Positions 1 to 15,333 are shown, numbered from the stretch's first letter. The stretch: DNA of 64,000 bases from Candidatus Nanopelagicales bacterium (GCA_030157865.1 JAOATY010000035.1:13356-77355), one strand, 5' to 3'. Numbers and translations: made by a program. Notes: a model not told the origin generated them from the sequence alone.

Positions 1-1457
1 CAGTTAAGTGGGCCGAAAAGGGTGAGCGAGTTGTTCTCGTGCGACGCGAGACTAACCCAGATGATCTTGAAGGCATGATTGCTGCAACCGGAATTCTGAC
101 CGCTCGTGGCGGCAAGACTTCACACGCAGCTGTTGTCGCACGCGGCATGGGTAAGACCTGTGTTTGTGGCGCAGATGCCGTAGATGTTTCGCATGCAGAA
201 CGCACTGCAACTATTGGAGAACTTGTAATCAATGAAGGCGACATGATCTCCATTGATGGTTCAACTGGCCATGTTTACTTGGGTGAATTAGCAGTAGTTC
301 CTTCTCCGGTATCCAATTACCTAGAAAATGGTTTGGCCTCGGCGATCGCAACTGAGAATGAAGAAATCGCAGCCCTTGTTACAGCTGTAGATCGAATTCT
401 GAAGCACGCAGATTCCGTACGTCGCCTAAAGGTTCGCACCAATGCAGATACTGCAGAGGATTCTAAGTGGGCCAGAAACTTAGGCGCTGAAGGTATTGGC
501 CTTTGCCGAACTGAGCACATGTTCCTTGGCGATCGTCGCGTTTTGATTGAGCGCGTTATCTTGGCTGACACTGCGGATGAAAGAAATGCAGCCCTCGAGG
601 CGCTTTTGCCAATGCAGCAAAAAGACTTTGAAGAAATCTTTGAAGAAATGGATTCGCTTCCAGTCACAGTTCGACTTCTTGATCCGCCACTTCATGAATT
701 CCTTCCGAACCGTACGGACTTAATGGTTGAAGTTGCACTTGGAAAAGAACGTAACGAAGACGTTTCGCGACAAGAGTTATTGCTAAGTGCCGTTGATCGT
801 CTACATGAATCCAATCCAATGCTTGGGCTTCGTGGCGTGCGACTTGGGTTAGTCGTTCCTGGCTTGTTCCCAATGCAGGTCCGAGCTATCGCTCAAGCCG
901 CAATCAAGCGTCTTCGTGCTGGTGGTAATCCAAAGGTTGAAATCATGATTCCTTTGGTTGGCTCTGTAATGGAACTTCACTTAATCCGAGATGAAATGGA
1001 TGTATTGCTTGCTCAGATTGCAAGCGAAGAAAACATTGAGTTGCCATTCTCGATTGGAACCATGATTGAGTTGCCACGAGCTGCACTTACCGCACAACGA
1101 ATTGCTGAAGCAGCTGAATTCTTTTCATTCGGTACCAATGACTTAACCCAAACTACTTGGGGCTTTAGTCGCGACGATGTTGAAGCTTCCTTCTTTGCCA
1201 CTTACCTAGATCGCGGCATCTTCACAGTTTCACCATTCGAATCACTTGATGTTGATGGTGTTGGCGCGTTGATCAAGATTGCAGTTGAGAAGGGACGCGC
1301 TACTCGTCCGGATATCAAGCTTGGTGTTTGTGGCGAACATGGTGGCGATCCTGAATCAATCAAGTTCTTCCATGAGGTCGGTCTTGACTACGTCTCATGC
1401 TCGCCGTTCCGAGTTCCGGTTGCCCGTCTTGAAGCAGGTCGAGTTAGCGTTTCTTAA
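1..1457 (+). CDS. ppdK: pyruvate, phosphate dikinase, C-terminal ~485 aa (5' end outside window)
   Basis: The frame is open from the window edge (VKWAEKGERVVLV precedes the listed M at 39). It has the phospho-His swivel motif GGKTSHAAVVARGMGK and C-terminal PEP-utilizer barrel motifs (GTNDLTQ, CGEHGGDP). Confidence 0.9.
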   Translation, partial: VKWAEKGERVVLVRRETNPDDLEGMIAATGILTARGGKTSHAAVVARGMGKTCVCGADAVDVSHAERTATIGELVINEGDMISIDGSTGHVYLGELAVVPSPVSNYLENGLASAIATENEEIAALVTAVDRILKHADSVRRLKVRTNADTAEDSKWARNLGAEGIGLCRTEHMFLGDRRVLIERVILADTADERNAALEALLPMQQKDFEEIFEEMDSLPVTVRLLDPPLHEFLPNRTDLMVEVALGKERNEDVSRQELLLSAVDRLHESNPMLGLRGVRLGLVVPGLFPMQVRAIAQAAIKRLRAGGNPKVEIMIPLVGSVMELHLIRDEMDVLLAQIASEENIELPFSIGTMIELPRAALTAQRIAEAAEFFSFGTNDLTQTTWGFSRDDVEASFFATYLDRGIFTVSPFESLDVDGVGALIKIAVEKGRATRPDIKLGVCGEHGGDPESIKFFHEVGLDYVSCSPFRVPVARLEAGRVSVS

Positions 1458-1482
1458 GACTCTTCTGCAACCAAGTTTCTAC

Positions 1483-3171
1483 TTAGTCGCAAACTGCGCC
1501 ATTGCTAGCTGAGCCGACAAGTTTCGAGTACTTTGCCAAAACTCCACGATCGTACTTATGTGGAACTGGCTTAAAGTTCTTACGTCGCTCAGCTAAAACT
1601 GATTCGTCTACCAGAAGATCTAAGGTGCGCTCACTGATGTTGATGCGAACTTTGTCGCCATGCTCAACGAAAGCAATTGGGCCACCATCCACAGCTTCAG
1701 GCGCTACGTGCCCAATACAAAGCCCAGTAGTTCCACCGCTGAATCGACCGTCGGTGATAAGCATTACTTCTTTACCAAGACCAGCGCCCTTGATCGCGCC
1801 GGTTATCATTAACATTTCGCGCATACCTGGACCACCCTTAGGTCCTTCGTATCGAATAATCACAACGTCACCAGCTTGGATGTCGCCACTCTCAAGTGCA
1901 TCCATAGCTCCGCGTTCACGTTCGTAAACCTTGGCTGGGCCTTCAAATACATCAACTGGGATTCCAGCGGTCTTACAGACTGCGCCTTCCGGTGCAAGCG
2001 AACCACCCAAAATTGAAATTCCGCCAGTGCCACCCATTGGATTATTCATCGCATGCACGATGTCACCATCAGGATCTGGAGAATCAAGATCAGCTAAGTT
2101 TTCTGCCATGGTCTTACCGGTAACTGTGAGGCAATCACCATGCATCAATCCAGCATCAAGCAAGGCGCGCATTACAACCGGCACGCCACCAACGCGATCC
2201 ACATCGCTCATTACATAGCGGCCGAATGGCTTAACATCGGCAAGCAATGGAACCTTGGATCCAATTCGATGGAAATCTTCTAGGTGTAGTTCAACATTGG
2301 CTTCGTGTGCAATCGCAAGAAGGTGCAGAACTGCGTTAGTTGAACCACCAAATGCCATAACAATTGCAATTGCATTTTCAAGTGACTGCTTTGTAATGAT
2401 GTCACGAGTTGTAATGCCTTGGGCAATTAAATTGACCACTGCCTCACCGGATGCGATAGCAAAACCATCGCGACGTCGGTCCACCGCTGGAGGTGCAGCT
2501 GAGCCAGGCAATGACATTCCCATTGCTTCAGCAGCAGATGCCATTGTGTTTGCGGTGTACATACCGCCACATGCGCCTTCGCCTGGGCAAATTGCACGTT
2601 CAATTCGATCAACATCTTCTTCGCTCATAAGTCCACGGGCGCAAGCACCAACGGCTTCGAAAGCATCGATGATAGTTACATCGCGATTACTGCCATCCGA
2701 AAGCGTGACATTGCCAGGAAGAATTGAGCCGGCGTAAACAAACACGCTTGCAACATCTAGGCGAGCGGCTGCCATCAACATGCCGGGTAGTGACTTATCG
2801 CAACCTGCGAAGTTGACCATTCCGTCAAGACGTTCTGCCTGCATGACAGCTTCAACTGAGTCGGCAATGATCTCGCGACTAACTAACGAAAAGTGCATAC
2901 CTTCGTGGCCCATGGAGATGCCATCAGAAACTGAGATTGTGCCGAACTGCATTGGAAAGCCACCGGCTTTGAACACACCTTCTTTGGATGCCTTTGCTAG
3001 GCGCTCAAGTGACAAGTTACAAGGAGTGATTTCATTCCAAGAGGAAGCGATACCGATTTGTGGCTTAGCCCAATCGTCGTCCCCCATTCCAACTGCGCGG
3101 AGCATTCCACGTGCTGGGGCACGTTCAATACCGTCGGTTACTTGTCCACTGCGAGGCTTCATATTTGGCAT
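1483..3171 (-). CDS. ilvD: dihydroxy-acid dehydratase
   Basis: 562 aa, full-length IlvD/Edd family pattern: [20 protein letters not shown] (Fe-S Cys), TDGRFSGGT. Confidence 0.95.
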   Translation of the reverse strand: MPNMKPRSGQVTDGIERAPARGMLRAVGMGDDDWAKPQIGIASSWNEITPCNLSLERLAKASKEGVFKAGGFPMQFGTISVSDGISMGHEGMHFSLVSREIIADSVEAVMQAERLDGMVNFAGCDKSLPGMLMAAARLDVASVFVYAGSILPGNVTLSDGSNRDVTIIDAFEAVGACARGLMSEEDVDRIERAICPGEGACGGMYTANTMASAAEAMGMSLPGSAAPPAVDRRRDGFAIASGEAVVNLIAQGITTRDIITKQSLENAIAIVMAFGGSTNAVLHLLAIAHEANVELHLEDFHRIGSKVPLLADVKPFGRYVMSDVDRVGGVPVVMRALLDAGLMHGDCLTVTGKTMAENLADLDSPDPDGDIVHAMNNPMGGTGGISILGGSLAPEGAVCKTAGIPVDVFEGPAKVYERERGAMDALESGDIQAGDVVIIRYEGPKGGPGMREMLMITGAIKGAGLGKEVMLITDGRFSGGTTGLCIGHVAPEAVDGGPIAFVEHGDKVRINISERTLDLLVDESVLAERRKNFKPVPHKYDRGVLAKYSKLVGSASNGAVCD

Positions 3172-3189
3172 GCAATAAATCTAACCCAC

Positions 3190-4158
3190 TTACGGTGTAA
3201 TCACGCACTCCAGTGGCTTGCCCGCAAGCCAAAGATCAAACTGGCTATGGATTCTGGTGCGCGCTCGCTCCCAAAACACATCGCCTTCTCCCCCATTGTG
3301 AGAAGTGATTATCACGTTTGGCATTGACCAAAGTGGGTGATCAGCTGGAAGTGGCTCTGGCTCAGTCACATCTAACGCTGCGGAAATGCGTCCAGTATTT
3401 AGTTCTGCCATCAAGGCATCGGTGTCAACGACAACTCCACGAGCCACGTTTACCAAGATTGAATCATCCTTCATGCTGGCAAGGAATTTGGCATCTACTA
3501 AATTCACAGTTCCTGGATTGTTTGGAACTATCAACATCACAACATCTGCAGAAGGAATTAAGTTCGGTAAATCTGAAATTGCATGAACATGGGCACGGGC
3601 CGTTCGAGCAACTGGAATTACTTTGCAGCCAAATCCAAGTAGACGCTTTTCTGCTGCTTTGCCGACATTTCCATATCCGATTAACAAGACGGTCTTATCC
3701 GCTAGTGACCGCGAGAAATAGGTTTCCCAGTGATGTTCCTGCTGAGCTTTGAAAGACCTTGGCATATCGCGTAACACACTTAGTGTTAACAGAACCGCAA
3801 GTTCAGAAGTTGCATCATCGTGCACGCCTGCAGCATTACAAAGAGTGACTTCTGCTGGCACAAAAGGCTGCACGTTATCAAAGCCAGCAGTTAAAGTCTG
3901 AATCACTTTGACATTAGTCATACGAGCGATTGCTTCTTCAATCGAAATTGTGGAACCTTCGTAAGGTAGAACAACAAATTCAACGCTAGCAATTACTTCC
4001 GTATCCAACTCACCCAAATCGTCACATTCAGTTACCTGGACATCTGCTGGAAATGCATAATCATTTGCGATCCAGTCCGGAGCAATTATGTGGCGAGTCA
4101 CGCTCCTATTCTTTCGGATATCTGGGCAGTGCCGTAGCAAACTTTCACAATTAGTCAT
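3190..4158 (-). CDS. D-isomer-specific 2-hydroxyacid dehydrogenase family protein
   Basis: NAD-binding GYGNVGKAAEKRL and a C-terminal catalytic region (ARG..VD, TSH). I take the ATG at 4158; the track start at 4161 is a TTG. It overlaps the upstream stop by 8 nt. Confidence 0.75.
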   Translation of the reverse strand: MTNCESLLRHCPDIRKNRSVTRHIIAPDWIANDYAFPADVQVTECDDLGELDTEVIASVEFVVLPYEGSTISIEEAIARMTNVKVIQTLTAGFDNVQPFVPAEVTLCNAAGVHDDATSELAVLLTLSVLRDMPRSFKAQQEHHWETYFSRSLADKTVLLIGYGNVGKAAEKRLLGFGCKVIPVARTARAHVHAISDLPNLIPSADVVMLIVPNNPGTVNLVDAKFLASMKDDSILVNVARGVVVDTDALMAELNTGRISAALDVTEPEPLPADHPLWSMPNVIITSHNGGEGDVFWERARTRIHSQFDLWLAGKPLECVITP

Positions 4159-4588
4159 CAACTAGCTTGGTCAACGCATAATGCGCCATGGCATCGCGTT
4201 GAAATGGTGCCAGCTTTGGATGAATTCCATTAAATCGCTCTAGAAAATCTGGGCTTTCGTTATACATATCTCCGAGGGCTACGTAAGCCTCGGCATTCGG
4301 ACTCCAAAATTGTGAAACCCAGCCAAAGTGATCTGCAATTACGTCTTGAGTGCGGGAATCTTCTGGTTCAACACCTGCATCAATTAACTCGACTAAGCGG
4401 GCATCAATCTCAGCAAGTTCTTTTTGGATTAGTGCGCCGTCTTCCTTCGACCAACCTGACATGCGCTGCTTCGACTCAGCAACATGGCTTGCAGATTCTG
4501 GATACTTTTCAATTAAGTCGCGTTCCCACTTTTCCTGTTGCGCATCGTCTGCGCCTTCAAAAACTTCGGAAGCCTTCATGGAAAACAA
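4151..4588 (-). CDS. stand-alone TipAS-like (antibiotic-recognition domain) protein
   Basis: 145 aa with the TipAS-type pattern (W..E......Y, SPDF..RF....P.LA.F..DA) and no MerR HTH. The family call is from memory of Pfam TipAS. Confidence 0.5.
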   Translation of the reverse strand: MFSMKASEVFEGADDAQQEKWERDLIEKYPESASHVAESKQRMSGWSKEDGALIQKELAEIDARLVELIDAGVEPEDSRTQDVIADHFGWVSQFWSPNAEAYVALGDMYNESPDFLERFNGIHPKLAPFQRDAMAHYALTKLVDD

Positions 4589-6103
4589 TTATTCGGAGAC
4601 GCCAAGTTTTTCGAAGAGCAATTCGCGGACGCGAGCTGCATCGGCTTGGCCACGAGTTGCCTTCATGACGGCGCCAACAACTGAACCAGCAGCTGCAAGC
4701 TTTCCGGACTTGATGGTTTCAGCAACCGCTGGATCTGCTGCTAAAGCTTCATCAATTGCAGCAAGCAGCGGACCGTCATCGGACACAACGGCCAGGCCGC
4801 GAGCCTTAACAATCTCATCAATATCGCCTTCGCCGACAATTACACCTTCGAGGGCTTGGCGTGCCAACTTATCATTGAGCGACCCAGCGGAGATTAATTC
4901 TTCAAGACGCTTTAGATGTGCTGGTGTAACTGGAAGTTCTTCCAATTCAATTCCGCGATCATTTGCAATTCGTGACAATTCACCCGTCCACCATTTGCGA
5001 GCCGCGGCTGGATCTACTCCAGCATCAACTGCTTCAACAATCAGATCAAGGGCACCTGAATTCACCACGGTGTTCATGTCGATCTCGCTCAAACCCCAGT
5101 CAGCGACAAGGCGGGCACGACGTACTGCAGGATTCTCCGGAAGAGCTGCGCGCAGTTCTTCAACCCATTCGCGAGATGGGGCGATAGGTAACAAGTCAGG
5201 TTCTGGGAAGTATCGGTAATCTTCGGCATCTGACTTTGCGCGACCAGATGTTGAAATACCAGTGTCTTCATGCCAGTGACGAGTTTCTTGCACAACGGTG
5301 TCGCCAGCCGCGAGTCTGGCAGCATGACGTGATACTTCATAACGCACTGCGCGTTCCACCGAGCGAAGTGAGTTCACGTTCTTGGTTTCTGAACGGGTAC
5401 CCAATTTTGATTCTGGAGTTTCGCGAAGTGACAAGTTCACGTCACAACGAAGTGAACCCTGTTCCATTTTTACGTCAGAAACACCAAGGCCACGAAGGAT
5501 GTCACGAAGCGCAGCAACGTAAGCCTTTGCAACTTCTGGGGCATACTTACCCGTTCCAGTTATTGGCTTAGTGACAATTTCAATCAGCGGAATTCCAGCT
5601 CGGTTGTAGTCAACAAGTGAATAGTCCGCGCCATGAATACGACCAGTTGCGCCACCAACATGTGAGTTCTTGCCGGTGTCTTCTTCCATGTGAGCGCGCT
5701 CAATAGGTACTCGGAAAGTCTTGCGACCTTCATCGGTATCGATCTCAACGTCTAGATAACCTTCGAACGCAATTGGTTCGTCGTATTGCGATGTCTGGAA
5801 GTTCTTTGGCATGTCTGGGTAGAAATAGTTCTTTCGGGCGAAGCGACACCACTCGGCGATTTCACAGTTAAGTGCAAGGCCAATACGAATTGCAGACTCA
5901 ACGCCAATTTTGTTTAGTGCTGGCAATGCGCCAGGTAATCCAAGGCAGACTGGGCAAACTTGGGTATTTGGTGGCGCACCGAAAACAGTCGAGCAGCCAC
6001 AGAACATCTTTGTGTTTGTGCCGAGTTCAACGTGAACTTCCAAACCCAATACTGGATCAAACTTGGAGATTGCTTCGTCGTAATTCATTGTTGCTTCAAC
6101 CAT
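4589..6103 (-). CDS. gatB: Asp/Glu-tRNA amidotransferase subunit B
   Basis: [20 protein letters not shown] and a C-terminal GatB/YqeY domain. I trimmed the start to the ATG at 6103, which forms a TAATG overlap with the gatA stop. Confidence 0.93.
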   Translation of the reverse strand: MVEATMNYDEAISKFDPVLGLEVHVELGTNTKMFCGCSTVFGAPPNTQVCPVCLGLPGALPALNKIGVESAIRIGLALNCEIAEWCRFARKNYFYPDMPKNFQTSQYDEPIAFEGYLDVEIDTDEGRKTFRVPIERAHMEEDTGKNSHVGGATGRIHGADYSLVDYNRAGIPLIEIVTKPITGTGKYAPEVAKAYVAALRDILRGLGVSDVKMEQGSLRCDVNLSLRETPESKLGTRSETKNVNSLRSVERAVRYEVSRHAARLAAGDTVVQETRHWHEDTGISTSGRAKSDAEDYRYFPEPDLLPIAPSREWVEELRAALPENPAVRRARLVADWGLSEIDMNTVVNSGALDLIVEAVDAGVDPAAARKWWTGELSRIANDRGIELEELPVTPAHLKRLEELISAGSLNDKLARQALEGVIVGEGDIDEIVKARGLAVVSDDGPLLAAIDEALAADPAVAETIKSGKLAAAGSVVGAVMKATRGQADAARVRELLFEKLGVSE

Positions 6104-7605
6104 TACGCACCTGCCAACTCTGGAGCCATGCCCAGGATTGGGCCACCCCACTTGGCTAGCAATTCACGTTCAATTGCTGCGCCAACGTTGTAAAGGCGAT
6201 CATCAGCCATAGCTGGAGCGATGATCTGTAATCCAACTGGCAGATTGTCTTCCGGCGCAAGACCGATAGGAAGTGACATACCTGGCAAGCCAGCCATGTT
6301 TACCGGAATCGTGGCCACGTCATTTAGATACATAGCTAATGGATCATCTAGTTTCTCGCCGATCTTGAACGCAGTCGTCGGCGCAGTCGGTGAAATCAAT
6401 ACATCAACCTTGGCGAACGCCGCATCGAAATCTTGCTTGATTAAGGTGCGAACCTTTTGGGCCTGACCGTAATAAGCGTCGTAGTAACCAGCTGAAAGTG
6501 CGTAAGTTCCCAAGATGATTCGGCGGATTACTTCCGACCCAAATCCTGCAGCACGAGTTTCGCTCATTACTTGCTCGACTGACTTAGAGCCATCATCGCC
6601 AACACGATTTCCAAAGCGAATGCCGTCGAACTTGGCCAAGTTACTTGAAGCTTCACTTGGCAGAATTAAATAGTAAGCGGCCAGAGCAGCTGGGAAACTT
6701 GGGCAAGAAACTTCAACAACTTCTGCGCCCAAGCTTTCAATTAGGGCAACGCTTTCTTCAAATCGAGAGCGAACACCTGCTTGATAACCTTCACCGCCAA
6801 GTTCCTTAACGATGCCAACCTTCATACCCTTAATGTCTGCGCGCTTTGCTGCGGCAACAACGTCTGGAACTGGTGCATTGATTGAAGTTGCATCCATTGG
6901 ATCATGTCCAGCAATAACACTATGAAGTAGCGCAGTATCTAAAACGTTGCGAGCACAGGGGCCCGCTTGGTCTAGCGAAGAGGCAAGTGCGACGATTCCG
7001 TAACGGCTAACGCCGCCATAAGTTGGCTTCACACCAACCGAACCAGTTACAGCTGCTGGCTGACGAATTGAGCCGCCGGTATCTGTTCCGATTGCAAGTG
7101 GTGCTTCGAACGACGAAACACATGCCGAGGACCCGCCACCGGAACCACCAGGAATTCGTTCTAGGTCCCAAGGATTGTGTGTTGGTCCAAATGCTGAGTG
7201 CTCAGTTGATGAACCCATCGCGAATTCATCCATATTTGTTTTACCAAGAATTACGACGCCGGCTTCACGCAACTTTGTTACAACGGTTGCATCGTAAGGA
7301 GGAATCCAACCATCAAGGATTCTTGATCCGCAAGTTGTCGGTAGTCCGTTTGTAGCCAAGATATCCTTGAGGCCAAGTGGAACGCCCGCTAAAACAGAAA
7401 GCTTGTCGCCAGCCTTTACCTTTGCATCAACTGCAGCAGCACTTACTAGTGCGCCTTCAGTATCAACGTGTAGGAATGCATGTACTTCGCCATCGACCGC
7501 AGCAATTCGATCTAAGTGCGCTTGCGCAACTTCCACGGCGGAAACTTCACCAGACGAAACTAATCCAGCAAGTTCTGATGCATCTTTACGAATGAGGTCA
7601 GACAT
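6103..7605 (-). CDS. gatA: Asp/Glu-tRNA amidotransferase subunit A
   Basis: 500 aa with the amidase signature GGSGGGSSA and KDI..T.G..TT.GS. Confidence 0.95.
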   Translation of the reverse strand: MSDLIRKDASELAGLVSSGEVSAVEVAQAHLDRIAAVDGEVHAFLHVDTEGALVSAAAVDAKVKAGDKLSVLAGVPLGLKDILATNGLPTTCGSRILDGWIPPYDATVVTKLREAGVVILGKTNMDEFAMGSSTEHSAFGPTHNPWDLERIPGGSGGGSSACVSSFEAPLAIGTDTGGSIRQPAAVTGSVGVKPTYGGVSRYGIVALASSLDQAGPCARNVLDTALLHSVIAGHDPMDATSINAPVPDVVAAAKRADIKGMKVGIVKELGGEGYQAGVRSRFEESVALIESLGAEVVEVSCPSFPAALAAYYLILPSEASSNLAKFDGIRFGNRVGDDGSKSVEQVMSETRAAGFGSEVIRRIILGTYALSAGYYDAYYGQAQKVRTLIKQDFDAAFAKVDVLISPTAPTTAFKIGEKLDDPLAMYLNDVATIPVNMAGLPGMSLPIGLAPEDNLPVGLQIIAPAMADDRLYNVGAAIERELLAKWGGPILGMAPELAGA

Positions 7606-7607
7606 TT

Positions 7608-7904
7608 TTACTCCTCATCCAAAATACGTGGCACTCTAAAGCGTTCATCTTCAACCGCAGGTGCGCCAGATAGTGCTTGTTCAGCAGTTAAGGAAACGCC
7701 AGGGATGTCTTCACGAAAAACATTGGTCATCGGAACTGGGTGGCTCATTGCAGCAACATTTGCGGTATCAAGACTTGATACTTCTGCCACCGCATTCAAA
7801 ATCGCGTCCAACTGCTTGGCGTAGTGCCCCAATTGGTCTGCAGGGATATCGATGTGTGCCAGACGGGCTAAATGCGCCACATCTTCTTGTGAAATTCCGG
7901 ACAT
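7608..7904 (-). CDS. gatC: Asp/Glu-tRNA amidotransferase subunit C
   Basis: 98 aa immediately upstream of gatA, with a typical GatC N-terminus (V.HLA.LA.I......L). Confidence 0.9.
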   Translation of the reverse strand: MSGISQEDVAHLARLAHIDIPADQLGHYAKQLDAILNAVAEVSSLDTANVAAMSHPVPMTNVFREDIPGVSLTAEQALSGAPAVEDERFRVPRILDEE

Positions 7905-7944
7905 GACTCAATTCTATTGGGAACTGGGTTGGCCAGATTTCGCG

Positions 7945-11086
<3,142 letters not shown>

Positions 11087-11087
<1 letters not shown>

Positions 11088-12178
11088 TAAACAGATGCCG
11101 ATCGACGTGAGCGGGAAACAGTCGCGCTTCCGATCACGCGAGTTCCGTCATACATGACGGCCGCCTGACCAGCAGCTAGTCCGCGCAAGTAATCGTCGAG
11201 CTGAATTGTTACCTGATCGTCATTGCCAATGTGAAGTGTCGCTGGCAACGCTTCTCCATGAGCACGAATTTGAACATGAATCCGACTGCCACTTGCAGGA
11301 ACTGGTCCAGCCCAACGTGGCTTAATCGTTTCAATCAAGTCAATGTCAAGCAATACTGGTGGGCCGACCATGACAACGTTGTTCTTAACATCCACATCAA
11401 CTACGTAACGGCGTTCGCCATCCCCTGTTGTATTACCGAGTGCTAAGCCACGTCGTTGGCCCACAGTGAATGCATGTGCACCGGCATGGGTTCCAACTTT
11501 GTTGCCAGTTTCGGCATCGACAACTTCGCCGGGTACTGATTCAATTTGGCGAGAAAGCCATCCTGCAGTGTCACCGTCTGGGATGAAACAAATGTCATGG
11601 CTATCAGGCTTCGCGGCAACCAAGATTCCACGTCGATCTGCTTCAGCGCGCACTTCAACCTTGGTGCTATCTCCAAGCGGGAACATCGAGTGTGCAATTT
11701 GCTCTTCTGTTAATACGCCGAGTACGTAGGACTGATCCTTGAGTGGGTCAACCGCGCGATGAAGTTCCGGACCGTGTTCACCTTGGAAGATTTGGGCATA
11801 ATGGCCGGTAACAACAGCATCGAAACCAAGCGCCATGGCTCGCTCCAATACGGCTTCGAACTTAATGCTTTCATTGCAGCGCAAACACGGATTTGGAGTA
11901 CGACCTGCTGCGTATTCAGAAATAAAGTCTTCAATTACTTTTTCTTGAAATTCAGAGGATAGATCCCAGACATAAAAGGGTGCACCCAACATATCAGCGG
12001 CGCGGAAAGCGTCATTGGAATCTTCGATTGTGCAGCAACCTCGAGCGCCAGTTCGATGGGATTGTGGGTTTCTAGAAAGCGCCAGGTGCACTGCAGTTAC
12101 ATCGTGTCCAGCATCAACTGCGCGGGCAGCTGCAACAGCGGAATCCACGCCACCGGAAAGTGCGGCAAGTACTCGCAT
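11087..12178 (-). CDS. mnmA: tRNA-specific 2-thiouridylase
   Basis: PP-loop [10 protein letters not shown] and conserved Cys residues (C.RCN). 363 aa. Confidence 0.93.
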
Positions 12179-13368
12179 TAGGCACGCACCGGTGCAGTAG
12201 TTAACTTAGGAACACCTGCGCGCTTGGCTCTTTCAATCGCGCTAGGTAAAACTTCAATAAGTTTGTCGATGTCACTTTGAGTTGTTGTGCTACCAAGCGA
12301 AAAGCGCAATGTGCTGCGGGCAGCGTCATCATCGGCACCCATAGCTAGAAGAACGTGCGATGGTTGTGGGACTCCTGCGTTGCAGGCAGAACCAACTGAA
12401 CATTCCACGCCTTGAGCATCAAGCAACATCAACAAAGAATCGCCTAAACAACCTGGGAAAATAAAGTGCGCGTTATTGGCTAAGCGATCTGTTTTCGAGC
12501 CAGTGTAAATCGCATCTGGCGCAATCTGCATAACTCGAGTGACTAAGTCATCGCGTAGCGCTGTTACTCGAGCAACGGTTTCGGATCGTCGAGATGCTGT
12601 AATTTCAAGCGCAGTTGCAAAGCCAACAATTGCTGGTGCATCTAAAGTTCCAGATCGAACATCGCGCTCTTGTCCGCCACCGTGGATCAAAGGCGTGACA
12701 TGGCAATCGCGACTAATGATCAATGCACCAATTCCGTGAGGCCCACCCACTTTGTGTCCCGAGATGCTCATTGCGCAAACACCAAGTTCAGAAAAGTTAA
12801 GGTCTAGCCAAGCTGGTGCTTGAACAGCGTCTGTGTGAAAACGAATTCCGAATTCGCGAGTAACGGCCGTTAATGCAGCAATGTCGTTAACTGTTCCCAC
12901 TTCATTGTTGGCCAAGATTACGCTGACAACGCCGACATCAGTTGGGTCATCACCTAATGCTTCACGAAGCGCCGCCGGTGTAATTCTTCCCTCGGCGTCA
13001 GATTTGATCCAAGTGACTTCAAAGCCTTCAGAATCTCCGAGCCAACGGACTGGATCAAGAACCGCATGATGTTCGGTACTGCCAGCAACTACTCGAATTC
13101 GACGCGGGTCTTTATTGCGCTGGTCCCAGGCAATGCCTTTGACAGCAATGTTGTTCGCTTCTGTGCCACCGGCAGTGAATACAACTTCAGCTGATCCACA
13201 CCCAACAGCGCGAGCCACGCGCTCACGTGATTCTTCAACCGCTCTTCGCGCTTTTCTTCCCGAGGCATGCAGAGATGACGGATTACCCGGTTCACTGAGC
13301 AACTTCGTCATGGCCGCAACGGCCTCCGGAAGCATTGGGGTCGTTGCAGCGTTATCTAAATACGCCAC
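12178..13368 (-). CDS. cysteine desulfurase (NifS/IscS class V aminotransferase)
   Basis: PLP-Lys motif [14 protein letters not shown] and active-site loop GSACNAG. GTG start; its stop overlaps the mnmA ATG. Confidence 0.88.
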   Translation of the reverse strand: MAYLDNAATTPMLPEAVAAMTKLLSEPGNPSSLHASGRKARRAVEESRERVARAVGCGSAEVVFTAGGTEANNIAVKGIAWDQRNKDPRRIRVVAGSTEHHAVLDPVRWLGDSEGFEVTWIKSDAEGRITPAALREALGDDPTDVGVVSVILANNEVGTVNDIAALTAVTREFGIRFHTDAVQAPAWLDLNFSELGVCAMSISGHKVGGPHGIGALIISRDCHVTPLIHGGGQERDVRSGTLDAPAIVGFATALEITASRRSETVARVTALRDDLVTRVMQIAPDAIYTGSKTDRLANNAHFIFPGCLGDSLLMLLDAQGVECSVGSACNAGVPQPSHVLLAMGADDDAARSTLRFSLGSTTTQSDIDKLIEVLPSAIERAKRAGVPKLTTAPVRA

Positions 13369-13437
13369 GTCCCCATTCTAGATGAGTTCGACAGACCATG
13401 GATTTTTCAGTTTTCAGAAAAACCCACTATTTAGTGA

Positions 13438-14391
13438 CTACTTGCGGGCTTTTACGCGAGCAGTTAAATCTGGAACTACTGAATGTAGGTCGCCAACAAC
13501 ACCGAAGTCAGCTAAATCAAAGATCGGTGCATCTGCATCTTTGTTTACAACAACAACAGTCTTTGAAGTCTGCATACCGGCACGGTGCTGGATTGCTCCG
13601 GAAATTCCGTTAGCTACATAAAGCTGTGGCGAAACGGTCTTGCCGGTTTGGCCAACCTGGAACTGGTGTGGATACCAACCAGCATCAGTTGCAGCGCGGG
13701 ATGCGCCAACAGCTGCACCTAGTGAATCAGCAAGCGGTTCAATGATGTTTGCAAAGCCTTCATCGCTTCCAACGCCACGTCCACCTGAAACAACAATTGC
13801 TGCTTCGGATAGATCTGGGCGACCGCTCTTTTGAACTGAAACGCGATTTACAACCTTGGTTGCACTTGCAGCGGCACTTACTTCTGCAGCTACATCAACA
13901 CGAGTTGCTGAACCACCCGATTGCACTGGAGCAATTGAGTTTGTGCGCACGGTAATGATTGGGGTTCCTTTGGATACCTTGGAGTGAACGATTGTTGCGC
14001 CACCGAAAACGTTCTGAGTTGCAACAACGTCAGATGAAACTGCAACTGCATCTGTAATCACGCCAGAGTCAATTGCAACTGCCAATCGGCCAGCAATTTC
14101 CTTGCCATCCGCTGAAGAAGGAATCAAAACGGCAGCAGGTGATTTTTCAGAAACTAACTTTGAAAGCACATCAACTGTTGGAACTACAACGTGATCTAGG
14201 AATGCTTGACCGTCAGCAACATAAACAGTCTTCGCGCCATGGTCACCAAGAGTTGCAAGTGCAGAGTCTGCTCCAGGTCCAACAAAAACTGCGCTTGGTT
14301 CGCCAATTCCAGCTGCCATTGCTAGCAGTTCTAGTGAAACCTTCTTGATGTTTCCTTCAGAGTGCTCAATTAGTACTAATACTTCAGACAT
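13438..14391 (-). CDS. etfA: electron transfer flavoprotein alpha subunit
   Basis: 317 aa with a C-terminal FAD-binding region: [30 protein letters not shown]. Confidence 0.9.
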   Translation of the reverse strand: MSEVLVLIEHSEGNIKKVSLELLAMAAGIGEPSAVFVGPGADSALATLGDHGAKTVYVADGQAFLDHVVVPTVDVLSKLVSEKSPAAVLIPSSADGKEIAGRLAVAIDSGVITDAVAVSSDVVATQNVFGGATIVHSKVSKGTPIITVRTNSIAPVQSGGSATRVDVAAEVSAAASATKVVNRVSVQKSGRPDLSEAAIVVSGGRGVGSDEGFANIIEPLADSLGAAVGASRAATDAGWYPHQFQVGQTGKTVSPQLYVANGISGAIQHRAGMQTSKTVVVVNKDADAPIFDLADFGVVGDLHSVVPDLTARVKARK

Positions 14392-14399
14392 GGATGCTC

Positions 14400-15179
14400 C
14401 TAGATGAACTTCTGGGTGACGAGGAATTCTTCAATTTTTTCTGCGCCGTTACCTTCATCGGTAATGACCGTGCCCTTTGCCTTAGCTGGGCGTTCTGCGA
14501 AATCTTTTACTTCGCTCCATGCGTTAGCTAGTCCTACTGTCGCTGCATCTAAACCAATGTCAGCAAGGCTCAAGGTTTCCATTGGGGCTTTCTTTGCAGC
14601 CATGATGTTCTTGAACGATGGGTAACGAGGTTCATTTGTTTTTTCAACCACTGAAACTACAGCCGGCAAGCTCGACTGAACTTCGTCATAACCGTAATCG
14701 GTGACACGGTGAATAGTTAGGTTCGAGCCACTAACTTCAACCTTGTTTGCAAATGTCATTTGTGGCAGACCAAGTCGCGCGGAAACCATTGCTGGAACAA
14801 CGCTCATGCGAGCATCTGTTGACTCTGAGCCGAACATGATCAAATCGAAACCGCGACCTTCAAGTGCCTTGGCAAGTACAAGTGATGTTGCCAATGCATC
14901 GGAGCCATGAAGCGCAGGATCGCTGATGTGAATTCCAGCGTGAGCACCCATCGAGATTGCTTTACGAACACTGTCAGCGGCTTCATCCGGACCCATGGAA
15001 AGGATTGTTACTTCGCCTTCTCCAGCTTCGACAATTCGAAGTGCTTCTTCAACTGCGTACTCATCAAGTTCGTTAACAACTCGATCCGCAGCTGCGCGAT
15101 CAAGAGTGCTGTCACCTGCAGTTAACTTCTTTTCGGCCCAACTATCTGGAACCTGCTTTACGCATACACAAATCTTCAT
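14400..15179 (-). CDS. etfB: electron transfer flavoprotein beta subunit
   Basis: N-terminus MKICVCVKQVPD; 259 aa; directly upstream of etfA. Confidence 0.9.
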   Translation of the reverse strand: MKICVCVKQVPDSWAEKKLTAGDSTLDRAAADRVVNELDEYAVEEALRIVEAGEGEVTILSMGPDEAADSVRKAISMGAHAGIHISDPALHGSDALATSLVLAKALEGRGFDLIMFGSESTDARMSVVPAMVSARLGLPQMTFANKVEVSGSNLTIHRVTDYGYDEVQSSLPAVVSVVEKTNEPRYPSFKNIMAAKKAPMETLSLADIGLDAATVGLANAWSEVKDFAERPAKAKGTVITDEGNGAEKIEEFLVTQKFI

Positions 15180-15333
15180 GCCAACTCCTTTAGCGCCTGA
15201 ATGAAGGTTTTAACCACATTCTTAAGCCGCCATTTAGGCGGTTCAAGATTGGATCCAATCCGTCACTTACAATCCTAATCGCATAGTTAAAAGGCGCTAG
15301 TTGGGGGCGGACTTGGCTGAAAAGCCGAAATTA

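Noticed and set aside
4350-5219. 289-aa plus-strand ORF antisense to gatB. Similar long antisense ORFs occur at 2255-2737, 17648-18094 and 20169-20804.
   Set aside because: The translations are Ser/Ala/Arg/Pro-rich low-complexity strings with no motifs. They lie entirely inside strongly supported genes on the other strand, so they are typical shadow ORFs.
13400-13425. Hairpin GGATTTTTC-N8-GAAAAACCC just downstream of etfA, a possible terminator.
   Set aside because: The stem is almost all A-U with one wobble, and no U-tract follows on the minus strand. That is too weak to call.
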